Below are positions 12,260 to 25,650 of a DNA stretch of 64,000 nt, piece after piece. Numbering within the stretch: position 1 is the stretch's first letter; each line of letters opens with the position of its first letter. Source of the stretch: Heterodontus francisci (Eukaryota); contig NC_090382.1 in assembly GCF_036365525.1 (NCBI RefSeq), forward strand, positions 101,738,595 to 101,802,594, in the 5' to 3' direction. Under the pieces are notes generated by a model that was given only the letters and a program-made list of their open reading frames with translations, had not been told where the DNA came from and searched no databases. The position numbers and the translations under genes were made by a program.

Positions 12260-13104
12260 AAATGGTTGGGCGCATAGGAGTGGAGAGTTCGGGGGTGGGT
12301 GTTAAAACCTTGTTTTTTACCGGGCTCCCAACGTCAGGCTCTGTGATTGGAGGGGGTGGGAGGTTGCTGGAAGATGGTTCCGGCAGAGGCCAGCCATGGA
12401 GGCCGACGCCGGGAGGGCCTTGCGCAGTCCTCCCTGCGGCCGCAAGGCTCTGTGGCAGCCGCCTCGCTGCTGGGCAATGGAACCTCAATTTCAATATTTA
12501 AATCAATGACATGAATAAATTTAAATAAACTTACCCTCAGTCTTCCGGGCCCGCTGCAATCCTCAATGACAGTCTGGGGAAAGCCGGCGTGACACTGGTG
12601 GGGGGGCGGCGGGGGGAGGGGGGAAAAGGAGCTAAGATTTTCAGTGCTTGGGGTGGGACGAGGTGAAATAAATGTAATGAGTGTAGGGGATGGTGGGAAG
12701 GCTTGAACTTTCAACTTTGTGCAGTCTCGGGGGGAAGGTCAGATTTAAAAGGTAAGTGTTTTGGGGGGGGAAGGGGCAAATGGTTAATGTAAATGTTATT
12801 GGGGGTGGGAAAGGGGTGTTAGAATTTTCTTTGATAAATTTTTTGGGGGCTGTATCTTTAAAAATTTAAATTTGCCTGCAAGGCTGGTTGCCCTTTAAAA
12901 ATGGCGGCAGCGCCTGTGCACAGGCAGCTGATGCCACTGTTGGCGATGGACAGCCTGTACCCTCCATGTGATTGGGGGGGTGGGGGGGCGGCCGCCCTGG
13001 CTATTTAAATGAGCCGCCGTGCAGGAGATCGCGGCGGCTGTGTGGCTTGCCCCGTTTTTTGAGCCCGCTGCTGAGAGCAACGGCAAGCTCTTAAAATCCA
13101 GCTC
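12260..13104. mobile_element. GC-rich Harbinger-type MITE (left end not clear)
   Basis: Right terminus taaaatccagctc matches the TIR of the other MITEs. Confidence 0.55.
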
Positions 13105-13249
13105 AGGAAGGGAGGCTATGAAGACAGTTAAACATCAGGAAGGGAATTTTAAATTTGAGGTGTTGAGCTATTGTAGGTCAATAAGGACATGGGTGACAAG
13201 GGAGCAGGACTAGGTGTAGCATCGGAGAATGACAGCAGAGTTTTGGAGA

Positions 13250-14120
13250 ATGGGTGGACTTGCATTTATATAGCACCATTAATGCAGAAAAATGTTCAAA
13301 GGTGTTTCACAAGAACAGAAACAGCTCAAGAAGGCAGGTGATTAATAGCTTGGTCTAAAGTTTAGGTTTAAAGGAGAGTCTTAGAAGAGGAGAGGTGGGA
13401 AGAGGTTTAGCAGGGGAATTCCAGATCTGAGGGCCTAGATGGTTGAAGGCGCAGCCATCAATGGTGGGTGAAGGGAATGGGGGATACATACGAGGTGACA
13501 ATTTGAGGAACATAGAGTTCTCATAGGGTTGCAAGGTTGGAGGAAGTTACATAGATAGGGTGAGTTATGGCAATGGAAGGATTTGAATATGGGACAGTGG
13601 ACTGGAAGACACAGGAATGATGGGTGAGTGGAACTTGGTATGGGTTAGGAGAGGGACAGCAGAGTTTTCTGGTGAGTTTATCGAAGGTGGAAGATGGGAG
13701 AGCGGCCAGGAGAGCAATAGAATAGGATCATAGCTGGATGATGTTATGGAGGTAGACAGTCTGTGTGATTGAGAGCATATGTGGTCGGAAGCTCTGGTCA
13801 GGATCAGATAGGATGATGAGGTTGCGAACCGCCTTCTTGAGCTTGAGATTATTTCGGGGAGGATGGAATGCTGGCGAGGGAATGGAATTTTTTGTGGGGG
13901 CCGAAGACAATTCTTTGCTCTTTCCAATGTTTAATTGGATAAAGTTATGACTCATCCAGGACAGGATGACTGAGGCAGCAAAGGGGTGGAAAGAATTGGT
14001 GGTGCAGTGCCATCAGCAAACATGTGTAATCTGACGTCATGTCTTTGAACAATGCCACTGAGCAGCATAGGTAAAGGAGTAACAGAAGGGGCCAAGGATA
14101 GATCCTTGTGGAACTGTAGG
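13250..14120 (-). mobile_element. L2-like LINE fragments
   Basis: VPQGSILGP, LHMFAD and SHNFIQLNIGKS remnants; L2-type 3' tail (ttgcatttatatagcacc on the + strand). Confidence 0.65.
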
Positions 14121-14409
14121 AATATTAGTGCATAGTAAGATACGTATACAAACGGCAGCTCTATCATGATAGAGACACCTGGGGATAACATTTTAATATT
14201 AAGATTAAAGTCTTCCCTGTTTCCGATGAAGAACTGCTTCAGGGCTTTGGTCTAATTTAAATATTAATTTGAACCTTAAAGAGCCTTGCACAAAGTCAGT
14301 TCACAGGCTTCTAGTACTCTAAATTCTGTCCGTCCTCATTTCCATGTACTCATCGGAATGGGTGCACAGTACAGACAGATCTCCATCCCTAATTATACTT
14401 GTTCTAGTG

Positions 14410-15462
14410 GACCCCTTTCCTATCCTGAGTGGCGTGAAACAGGACTGTGTTCTCGCACCCACACTTTTTGGGATTTTCTTCTCCCTACTGCTTTCACATG
14501 CGTTCAAGTCCTCGGAAGAAGGAATTTTCCTCCACACAAGATCAGGGGGCAGGTTGTTCAACCTTGCCCGTCTAAGAGCGAAGTCCAAAGTACGGAAAGT
14601 CCTCATCAGGGAACACCTACCTCTTTGCTGACGATGCTGCTTTAACATCTCACACTGAAGAGTGCCTGCAGAGTCTCATCGACAGGTTTGCGGCTGCCTG
14701 CAACGAATTTAGCCTAACCATCAGCCTCAAGAAAACGAACATCATGGGGCAGGACGTCAGAAATGCTCCATCCATCAATATTGGCGACCACGCTCTGGAA
14801 GTGGTTCAAGAGTTCACCTACCTAGGCTCAACTATCACCAGTAACCTGTCTCTAGATGCAGAAATCAATAAGCGCATGGGAAAGGCTTCCACAGCTATGT
14901 CCAGACTGGCCAAGAGAAAATGGCGCACTGACACGGAACACAAAAGTCCGAGTGTATCAAGCCTGTGCACTCAGTACCTTGCTCTATGGCTGCGAGGCCT
15001 GGACAACGTATGTCAGCCAAGAGCGACGTCTCAATTCATTCCATCTTTGCTGCCTCCGGAGAATACGTGGCATCAGGTGGCAGGACTGTATCTCCAACGC
15101 AGAAGTCCTCGAGGCGGCCAACATCCCCAGCTTATACACACTACTGAGTCAGCGACTCTTGAGATGGCTTTTGGCCATGTGAGCGGCATGGAAGATGGCA
15201 GGATCCCCAAAGACACATTGTACAGCGAGCTCGCCACTCGTATCAGACCCACCAGACCCACAGGAAAAAAGACAAAAGCGCAAGGGGAGAGCCAACTGTG
15301 TAACAGCCCCGACAAAGAAATTTTTCTGCAGCACCTGTGGAAGAGCCTGTCACTCTAGAATTGGCCTTTATAGCCACTCCAGGTGCTGTTCCACACACCA
15401 CTGACCACCTCCAGGCACTTACCCATTGTCTCTCGAGATAAGGAGGCCAAAGAAGAAGAAGA
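14410..15462 (+). mobile_element. RTE-clade LINE fragment
   Basis: DPFPILSGVKQDCVLAPTLF...LFADDAAL; 3' half identical to 6819-7168. Confidence 0.9.
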
Positions 15463-18400
15463 GGACAGAATAGCTGACCAGAAGGTCATGAAACAAAGGC
15501 AAACAATATGTTAATGGTGTGTTGAAAGACAAAGCATTAGTACAGATAGGGTGTTAACAGACTGAAAATTGAACAGCAGCAAGTACAAACATGAAAAAAA
15601 ACAATGGGTAAGCAAACTGAACAAACTAAGATGAAATAAAATAAACATACAAAAAAATGTAAAAAAGGAAAAATAACTAAAAATGAAAGTAAAATGGGGG
15701 GCCCGTCATGCTCTGAAATTATTGAACTCAATGTTCAGTCCGGCAGGCTGTAGTGTGCCTAATTGGTAAATGAGATGCTGTTCCTCGAGCTTGCGTTGAT
15801 GTTCACTGGAACACTGCAGCAAGCCCAGGATAGAGATGTGAGCATGAGAGCAGGGGGGACTGTTGAAATGGCAAGCAACCGGAAGCTCGGGGTCCTGCTT
15901 GCGGACTGAGCAAAGGCGTTCCGCAAAGCAGTCACCCAGTCTGCGTTTGGTCTCCCCAATGTAGAGGAGACCACACTGTGAGCAGCGAATACAGTATACT
16001 ACATTGAAAGAAATACAAGTAAATCGCTGCTTCACCTGAAAGGAGTGCTTGGGGCCTGAGATAGTGAGGAGAGAGGAGGTAAATGGGCAGGTATTACACC
16101 TCCTGCGATTGCAGGGGAAGGTGCCATGGGAAGAGGATGAGGTGTTTGAGGAAATGGAGGAGTGGACCAGGATGTCACGGAGGGAACGATCCCTTCCTCG
16201 AGCTTGCGTTGATGTTGAATTTTCAGTCCGTTAACACCCTATCTGTACTAATGCTTTGCCTTTCAACACACCATTAACATATTGTTTGCCTTTGCTCCAT
16301 GACCTTCTGGTCAACTATTCTGTGGCCTTGTCCAATCTACACCTTCTTCTTTGTTATCTCTTGCCCCACCCCTGCTTTACTTGCTTATAAACTTTGACAT
16401 TTCTAATATTTGTCAGTTCCGAAGAAGAGTCACTGACCCGAAACGTTAACTCTGCTTCTCTCTCCACAGAATGCTGCCAGACCTGCTGAGTATTTCCAGC
16501 ATTTCTTGTTTTTATTTCAGATTTCCAGCATCTGCAGTATTATGCTTTTATTTTCCTGGTCTGTATTGAATTGGGGGTTGGTGGGTGCGGATGGGGGCAT
16601 TGATTCCTGGTGACGAGATCAGGCTCACCCATGATTCCCCACAACTCCATCTGCAGGAATAGCCTGCTGCTGATTGGATGAACAGGATCACACATTAAAA
16701 ATTACCATTTGGACAAGGTACCAGAGCACAATAACATGTCTGATGTCATTAAATTCATTGCGATATTTGGGTCGGGCATGAAAAAAAATTCAAGGACTCG
16801 GGCTCCAGATGGGTTTGGTTTGGGTGTGGTCGGGTCGGGCCCAGGTCGGGTTTTAATTTTATATCTGAGCAGGCCTTTAATGCACTGCATCCCCAGGTCC
16901 ATCTGTTCCTGCACACTCTTTATAACTGTGTCATTTAGTCTATATTGCCTCTGCCTATCCCTTCTGACAAAATGCAAAATCTCACAATTGTCTGTATTAA
17001 ATTCCATCTGCCACTTGTCTGCCATTTCGCTAGACTATGTATATCCTGTTGCAGTCGATTACTATCATCCTCACTGTTTGCCACACCTACAAGTTTGGTA
17101 TCTTTGGCAAATTTTGAAATTTTATCCTGTATTCCAATATCCAAGTCATTTATATCTATCAAAAAAGCCAGGCATACTTGGGCAAATTTCCATATTGTCA
17201 GGAACAAGCCAGTGTTCTTCTGCAAGTTAAAATTCAGACCAATGTTTTCATCCACCATATAATTGTTTTCACCTTCAGTGCTCACATTGCATTTCAGAAA
17301 TACACTGCTTCTTTAAATAGACTGGATTAATCAAATTGGCAATGGTAGCCTCGAGGGAGAGTTCATTCAAAGTATTCGAGATTGTTTTTTGGAGCAATAT
17401 GTTGTGGAACCAACCATGGAGCAGGCTATTCTAGATTTGGTATTATGTAATGAAGTGGGATTAATTAGTGATCTCATAGTTAAGGATCCTCGAGGAACAA
17501 GTGATCATGGCATGCTAGAATTTCAAATTCAGTTTGAGGGTGAGAAACTGGATTCCCACACTAACATTCTGGAGTTAAACAAAGGTAATTACATAGGCAT
17601 GAGGACAGATTTGGCCCTAGTGGACTGGGCAGGAAGACTAAAAGGTAGGACAGTTGATGAGCAGTGGCAGATGTTTAACGAGATATTCAATTTCTCCCAA
17701 CTAAAATATATTCCAGAGAGGAAGAAAGATTGTAAGCTGGGGAAAAACATCCATGGCTAAGCAAGGAAGTTAAGGATAACATAAAGACAAAAACTAAGGC
17801 ATACCATATTGCAAAGGCCAGTGGCAGGCTGGAAGATTGGGAAACTTTTAAAGATCAACAAAGGGTTACTAAAAAAGTAATAAAGGTAAATTATGAAATA
17901 AAACTAGCACAAAATATAAAAACAGATAGCAAAAGCTTCTATAAGTACATAAAATGTAAGAGAGTAGCTAAAGTGAATGTTAGTCCCTTGGAGGAAGTGC
18001 CTGGAGAGTTAATAGTGGGGAACACAGAAATGGCAGAGATACTAATCGGTATTTTGCCTCAGTTTTCACGGTGGAGGACACTAGTACCATCCCAATAGTA
18101 ACAGGAAATGCAGAGGTTATAGAAAGGGAGGAACTTAAAACAATCATCATCACTAGGGAACAAGTACTGAGCAAACTATTAGGATTGAAGGCTGACAAAT
18201 CCCCAGGACCTGATGGCCTACATCCTAGGGTCTTAAAGGAAGTGGCAGCGGAGATAGTGGATCCATTGGTTATAACATTCCAAAATTACCTGGATGTAGG
18301 ACAGGTTCCAGTGGATTGGAAAAATGCTAATATAACGCCCTTATTCAAAAAGGTCTATGAATATTCATAATAAGCCCACTGACTCCCACAGCTACCTCAA

Positions 18401-19177
18401 CTACACTTCTTCACACCCTGCCTCCTGTAAGGACTCCATTCCATTCTCCCAGTTTCTCCGTCTCCGACACATCTGCTCTGATGATGCTACCTTCCACGAC
18501 AGTGCTTCCGATATGTCTTCCTTTTTCCTCAACCGAGGATTCCCCCCCACTGTGGTTGACAGGGCCCTCAACCGTGTCCGACCCATTTCCTGCACCTCTA
18601 CCCTCACCCCTTCCCCTCCCTTCCAGAACCACGACAAGGTTCCCCTTGTCTTCACTTTCCACCCCATCAGTCTCCATATCCAAAGGATCATCCTCCGCCA
18701 CCTCCACCACATCCAGTGTGATGCCGCGACCAAATGCATCTTCCTCTCACTTCCCCTGTCAGCATTCTGAAGGGATCGTTCCCTCCGTGACACCCTGGTC
18801 CACTCCTCCATTACCCTCAACACCTTGTCCCCTTCCCATGGCACCTTCCCCTGCAGTCTCAGGAGGTGTAATACCTTTCCATTTACCTCCTCTCTCCTCA
18901 TTATCCCAAACACTCCTTTCAGGTGAAGCAGCGATTTACTTGTACTTCTTTCAATGTAGTATACTGTATTTGCTGCTCACAATGTGGGTCTCCTCTACAT
19001 TAGGGAGATAAAACGCAGATTGGGTGACCGCTTTGCGGAACACCTCCGTTCAGTCCGAAAGCATGACCCCGAGCTTCCAGTTGCTGGCCATTTCAACACT
19101 CCCCCCTACTCTCATGCTCACATCAATGGATAAAAGTCTATATTTTAAAATTAATATATAAATGCTAAGTGGGGCAG
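15111..19177 (+). repeat. ~4-kb near-identical direct duplicate of 6819-10859
   Basis: The ORF track repeats at offsets 8292 and then 8318; one 26-bp indel (15893-15918) and scattered substitutions. Confidence 0.97.
15463..16555 (-). mobile_element. Penelope-like element fragment (duplicate copy, GIY-YIG ORF 15706-16035)
   Basis: 109-aa GIY-YIG peptide, uninterrupted in this copy. Confidence 0.88.
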
Positions 19178-19553
19178 GGAGCTCGCCACTGGTATCAGAC
19201 CCACCGGCCGTCCATGTCTCCGCTTTAAAGACGTCTGCAAACGCGACATGAAATCCTGTGACATTGATCACAAGTCGTGGGAGTCAGTTGCCAGCGATCT
19301 CCAGAGCTGGCGGGCAGCCATAAAGGCGGGGCTAAAGTGTGGCGAGTCGAAGAGACTTAGCAGTTGGCAGGAAAAAAGACAAAAGCACAAGGGGCGAGCC
19401 AACTGTGTAACAGCCCCGACAATCACATTTTTCTGCAGCACCTGTGGAAGAGTCTGTCACTCTAGAATTGGCCTTTATTGCCACTCCAGGCGCTGCTCCA
19501 CACACCACTGACCACCTCCAGGCGCTTACCCATTGTCTCTCGAGATAAGGAGG
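19178..19553 (+). mobile_element. RTE LINE 3' end (undeleted)
   Basis: ELATGIRPTGRPCLRFKDVCKRDMKSCDIDHKSWESVASD...CSTCGRVCHSRIGL. Confidence 0.88.
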
Positions 19554-21569
19554 TTGTTAATATTTATTCTCAGCATTGGGCACTGTTGGCAAGGCTGGCA
19601 TTTATTGTCCATTGTAGTTGCCCTTAACTGACTGACTTGCTAGGCCATTTCAGAAAACAGTTAAGAGTCAACCACATTGACTTCTGAAGCACTACAAAGC
19701 CATGGACTTCAATACCAAACAGAAAAGGTCAGGATTTTACATTCAGTCATGGTAAAATTCTATTAATCATAAAGATGTTATTTGAAGATGTAGCAGTTAC
19801 TGTTCTGAATGCACTACGTATAATGTTAATATTTTTCATCGCTAAAATTTGCATGAGAAACAGCAACACAAGACTTAGTGGTTTCTGGTGTGAAATTGAA
19901 CAGCTTAAAACAGCAAATGCGTAGGTGTGAGTCAGCGACAGGGCCCGAATCAATAATGGTTTCGATTGTGGTTAACCACACAGAGCTGAGCTACTCATTT
20001 GATGGTTTCCACAGAGCTATTGTGTAAATACGATCTAGAAATTCTTTAGGCTGTTGATATTGTGGTAAATGGGCACAGGGAATGATCTCAGTGCCCAAAG
20101 ACATTGGCCCAAGCATCTCAAGAAATTGGTCCCTGTTCCTTGTCTCAATATTCAGGGTGAATTGTCGACACCTGAGCAGTGCAGACCCAGTGCCTGCTCT
20201 GTTCAGGGCAGCCCAATTTCTTGTAAGGTTCCTTAAACAAGAGTTCGGCCACCCAACTGCCATGTGGAAGGCATCTAATGCCTGTTTTAGGCAGCTGTAT
20301 CGAACGCCTGTAAGATGGCTCAACCAATTTTCCGATCGGACATTTTTTAGGTATTCTTGGGCACAGAGTGTTGTACTTCCAAATTGATCTTTTTTGCCCT
20401 TGTTTTATGCCTGAATTTCAGTTTTTAGTTCTGAAACTACCTCAGCTTGTTTTGTATTATTTGCATATTGGGCTCTTCGCCATAAAGAAATGAAGCTGAA
20501 CACTTGCACCATGGTTGACTGCATTGCGTTGCTACCCTGCACAAAGAGCTAAAATCCTTCATGATCACTACCATTGTGTGCAGGCTTGTTGACAGGCAGT
20601 CCAGTGCCTTTAGAGGGTCCTGGTGCCTGTCCATCTTGTTTAACTGTGGGTCTTACTGCAGGATGTGTGATTATTTTCTATATTCTGAGAAGAAATAGCA
20701 AGAACAATTGCAACACTTTGCATTACGCAGGGATGTAATAACAAAATTAATGTTGAGCCAAAGAAGGAGGTATTGGGAAGGATGATCAAAAGTGTGGCTA
20801 AAGAGGTAGGTTTTAAGATGGTTCTTAAAGGAGGTGAAGGAGGTCTAGAGGTAGAGAGGTTTATGGGTCCAGGTGGCTTAATGTAGGGATGAATATTGAA
20901 TGGCAGAATTTTCATATGAGTTGAACAGCATGATGGAGGATGGGAGTCCAACTAGGAGAACACTAGAATAGTCAAGTCTGAAATTAACATTTGCATGGAT
21001 GAGAATCGTGGTTCGTGAATTCATCTAAGGGCAGATTCAAGTGATGTTACAACAACAAATTATATTTGTCTAGCACTTTTAATGTAATAAAATATCCCAA
21101 GGCGCTTCACAGAAACACTATAAAACAAAATGACACTGAGTGTTATAAAGAGATATTAGGGCAGATGACAAAACATTTGTCGAAAAAGGTAGTTTTTAAG
21201 CAGCATCTTAAGTAGCATGTTAGGAGAGGGCATTATGAGAAGCACAAGCCACCAAATGCCATACTGCCTCTCTTAATGTGCCAGCAGGCAGTTTAAATGA
21301 TAATCAGCCCCTTAACTATTCTCCGGGCAGTTATACCTCGTGCAGGCTTCAAGTTCTTTACCAAGATGACATGTTACACTAAAGACAGGGCTAAACCTGC
21401 GTTTCATCTCAAGATCCCATCTTGGCCACCTCAGAGGATTGTTGGTGCCTGAATGTGTTGCCACTGTCTACATTTATGAGAGCTGTTGCTGTATTCTGTA
21501 AGCAGAAGATCCCCAAGGACAGTCTGTTCCCTGACATTGTGCATTTAAAGTAACTGGCTTGTAGGGAGG

Positions 21570-21662
21570 ATGTATATGTGAGTGTGTGTGTGTATATGTT
21601 TATGTGTGTATGTCTGAGTCTCTGAGTCTGTGTGTCTCTATGTCTCTATGTATGTGTGTGTT
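21570..21662. repeat. Imperfect (GT/AT/CT)n microsatellite
   Basis: Low-complexity dinucleotide tract. Confidence 0.8.
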
Positions 21663-21724
21663 CGTTCTTTGAGCATGAGAAGATAGGAAGAGATCCTTTT
21701 ATCTCCTGGGCTGTGTCACATTTA

Positions 21725-22390
21725 GAACCATAGAAGAATAACGGCACAGAAGGAGGCCATTCAGCCCATCATGTCCGTGCCAGCTGAAAAACTAGCCTCC
21801 CAATCTAATTCCACTTTCCAGCACCTGGTCCATAGCCTTGCAGGTTACAGCACTTCAGGTGCATCTCCAAGTACCTTTTAAAAGAATTGAGGATTTCTGC
21901 CTCCACCATCCTCTGGATGAAAAAGTTATTCCTCATGTCCCCTGTAATCCTTCCACCAATCACCTTAAATCTGTGCCCCCTGGTAATTGACCTCTCTGCT
22001 AAGGGAAGCCGGTCCTTCCTGTCTACTCTATCTCGGCCCCTCATAATTTTGTACACCTCAATTAAGTCACCCCCCCGCCCCCAGCCTCCTCTGTTCTAAT
22101 GAAAACAACCCTAGCCTATCCAATCTTTCTTCATAGCTACAACTTTCGAGCCCTGGCAACATTCTTGTAAATCTCCTCTGTACTCTCTCCAGATCAATTA
22201 TATCCTTCCTGTAACGTGGTGACCAGAACTGTATGCAATACTGCAGCTGTGGCCTAACCAGCTTTTTATACAATTCCAGCATTACATCCCTGCTTTTGTA
22301 TTCTATACCTCGACCAATAAAGGATAGCATTCCATTTGCCTTCTTCGCCACTCTATCTACCTGTCCTGCCACCTTTAGGGAGCTGTGGAC
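21725..22390 (-). mobile_element. CR1 LINE 3' fragment
   Basis: LYKKLVRPQLQYCIQFWSP and TRGHRFK motifs; abuts a Penelope tail at ~22390-22520. Confidence 0.9.
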
Positions 22391-23021
22391 CTGTGAAAGG
22401 TCACAGACCTGAAATGTTAATTCTGCTTCTCTCTCCGCAGATGCTGTCTGGCCTGTTGAGTATTTCCAGCACATCCTGTTTTTATTTCAGATTTCCAGCA
22501 TCTGCAGTATTTTGCTTTTATTCCCAGAATTACTATTTGAGTGACTTATGAAAAATCCCACTGGTTGTCAGTAAAACTATTGTGTTCATTGCTTCATGTT
22601 TTAGTTGCTGATACACTGCTTTTGAAGTTACTTCTGCAAAACTGTCGACTTAATCTCTCTTAACTTTGCACAATTTAAAAAAAAAGTGTTGCTTTAACTG
22701 AGTTTGTGCAACATTTAGCAGATGCTCAAAGACTCTGCACTCACTAGCCACTGACCTCCTTTTGATTAAAGTGAAAGGACAACAACAAAAAATCATCAGT
22801 TGGTGAATGCAAAAGCAGTAAAAGCTAGCCAATGTCTCTATATAGAGGGGTGCAACCTGTATTAGCAGCAGTTCAACCTGGTTCCAGTCAATATTTGTCC
22901 CTCACCAATTATCACTAAACCAGATTCAAAACTGAACCTGGGTGGGATGCAAAATTGCTGGCATTGCATTGTTCATCTGTTATACACCCTGCCCAATATT
23001 CAGTTCTTCAGCCTGAAATGT

Positions 23022-23842
23022 GGGCAGGATTTTGGATTTTGAGTCTGGACCCCGACGCCTAAGTTAAATGGGGGCCATGGCCTTGCACAGTGTGTGAAAC
23101 AGACACCCAGCAGTGATCTTTCCCGATTTGGCCAATTAGTGGCTAGAGGGGAAGCTCACCACCCAATTAAGGCCAGCGGGCAGTCTCTTGAAGCTATAGG
23201 GCCAATAGGAGGGCCTCCAGTTCAGAACAGCAGCAGCCTGCAGTCCAGGATTTTTTGGCTTGGAAATGTAGAATCGCAGTAGAAGCAAACTGCCAGGAAA
23301 TTCACCAAATAAGGACATAAAATCATAACTTTCCAGCAATGTTCTCTGAGAAAATGAAGGGGTGATGTTAACACATCCCATCCAGCAACACAATGAAAAT
23401 TGTCTCTTTAACCTTCCTGTTCTGTTGTCACTCCAATCCCACCTGCAGCCACTAAACTGGGCCTTTTTATTTTTAGACAGCCCAGCTGCCCAAGTAACTG
23501 AGGTGGTAGTTTTGTCACTACATGAAAACCAAGATCCTCCGATGTCATTAAGGCATGGCAACTGGCCAATTGTGACAACTTCAATCAGTAAAACCTCTTG
23601 GAGAAGAAGGGAAGTCCTGAAAGGTAAGTTTTAAACTTATCATTGCATGGCCAGGAGAGAAATCTAGGCCTTTAATGTTTCGGGCACCCCTTTTCAACCA
23701 TGAGATCCTGCAGAATCCTTCCCCTTCCTTGTGACTTACCTCAGTGCCAGCAGGTGGCCTCTAGGCCGCTTGATTCTCACGTCATTACAAGTGGGGTCCC
23801 GGTTGGTGAGGTGTAAATGAGGCCCGGAAGTTAAAATTGCCC
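23022..23842. mobile_element. Degenerate Harbinger-type MITE
   Basis: gggcaggatttt ... aaaattgccc termini; internal ccaattaaggcc motifs. Confidence 0.45.
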
Positions 23843-23992
23843 AGGTGTGGCGGTGGAGCGAAGAGGGTTTGATGCTCACCATGCCCCTGTCTCTTAGAAA
23901 CATGCTGCAAGTTAAAAGTCCCCAACGTTTCATGTCTTCAAGTATTGTATTTTCTCTGGGTAGATTGTTAAATCTATCAATGCTTTTCTCTT

Positions 23993-24335
23993 GGGGCGGC
24001 ACAGTGGTGCAGTGGTTAACACCGCAGCCTCACAGCTCCAGCGACCCGGGTTCAGTACTGGGTACTGCCTGTGCGGAGCTTGCAAGTTCTCCCTGTGTCT
24101 GCATGGGTTTCCGCCGGGTGCTCCGGTTTCCTCCCACAGCCAAAGACTTGCAGGTTGATAGGTAAATTGGCCATTGTAAATTGCCCCTAGTGTAGGTAGG
24201 TGGTAGGAGAATGGTGGGGATGTGGTAGAGAATATGGGGTTAATGTAGGATTAGTATAAAATGGGTGGTTGTTGGTCGGCACAGACTTGGTGGGCCGAAG
24301 GGCCTGTTCCAGTGCTCTATCCCTACATAAATAAA
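23993..24335 (+). mobile_element. tRNA-derived V-SINE (HE1-like)
   Basis: A box tggtgcagtggtt, B-box-like gggttcagtac, V-domain gggtttcc.ccgggtgctccggtttcctcccac, CR1-type tail gggccgaagggcctgtt, A-rich end. Confidence 0.85.
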
Positions 24336-24870
24336 AGTGATGTTCTTTAAAGTTATGACAGGCCTGTGTCCCACTGCATTTTCAATTCAACTTCTCATCT
24401 TCAAAAGGCCATTATTTGGGGGGTCACTTTTTGGCACCAAGTCAGTTTTTACTAGCTTGTTAGAAATGGCATGAACAAACAATCATTAGAAGCAACAAAC
24501 AAACTTACAGCATTGATAGGAAAGCCTTTTAAAAAAAAAATTGCTCCTGGGACATGAGCCTTATTGGCAAGGCTGCCATTTATTGTCCCTCTCTAATTGC
24601 TCTTGAGAAAGTGGTGAGCCACCTTCTTGAATCACTGCAGTTGACATGGTGTCTGTAGACCCACAGTGCTTTCTGTAGCGACTTTATACACCATTTCAGA
24701 AGGCAGTTAAGAGTCAACTGGAGTGATCTGGAGTCACGTGTCGGCCTCACCAGGTTAGGATAGCACAATTCCTCCCTGAAGGATATTAATGAGACTAGCT
24801 TTCTTTCCCCAGATTTATCAATTCATTGAATTTAAATTCCCCCAGCTGTCATAGTGGGATTTGAACTCAT

Positions 24871-25650
24871 GGCCAGAATTTTACGCCACCCCAGCGAGCT
24901 GGATGGTGGTGGCAGGTAGGAGGGGGAGGCGTAAAATTGAGTGGGTGGCTCCAGGAGGCCTTCCCAGCCCGCTCCTGCCTCCGCTCCCCACTCCCCACTC
25001 CCGCCTGTGCTCTACTTTACGTGGGCCGCAGGGGCCGGGGGGCACAGGCTGCCCACCCCAAGCCAAAAAAGGCCCTTAAGTGGCTACTGAACGGCCACTT
25101 AAGGGCCTTTGCCCTCCTCAACAAGGATTTTACCCATTGCAAGCGGGCGTCCGGTAGACGTGAAAGGCCGCCCAGTGATATCTGGTGGCCTGTCAACTCA
25201 CCGGGCAGCGGTGGGGGGGCCCCTGATGATCAGGCACAGGGTGCCTGATTGAGGGCCGCCCCCACTTTCCCAACCACCCCCAGGACCCGAGACGCCCCCT
25301 TCCCACCAAATGACCACCCTTGCCTCGCCCTGTCGAGGTCAATTCCCACAGCGAGGCAAACCCCAACTTACCTTCAGTCCCAGCTCCATGCGCTTGCTGG
25401 GCTGCAGTCCCAGCAGTGGCCATCGCTCCCGGTGGCGCTGCTGGGACTAAGAGCTGCCGGCCCGGTGATTGGCCGGCAGCTCAATGAGGTGGGGCTTCCT
25501 CCATCAAGCGGGTGGAAGTCCCGCCTCAGAACAATTAAAGCCCAGGGACCCATAAAATGCGGGACGGATCCCGGGCAGGGCGGAAGCGGGTTCGCCGCTG
25601 ACTTTTATGTCAGTGGCCAATGCCCCTCCTCCCGACATAAAATCCAGCCC
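24871..25650. mobile_element. Harbinger-type MITE with 3-bp TSD CAT
   Basis: CAT-ggccagaattttacg ... cataaaatccagccc-CAT. Confidence 0.8.

Noticed and set aside
15111-19177. Duplication as a pure assembly artefact
   Set aside because: Not favoured: the copies differ by an indel and substitutions, and the right junction returns coherently into the interrupted RTE. It still needs read-level confirmation.
23993-24065. tRNA gene
   Set aside because: It is the tRNA-derived head of a V-SINE, continuous with the V-domain and CR1-type tail.
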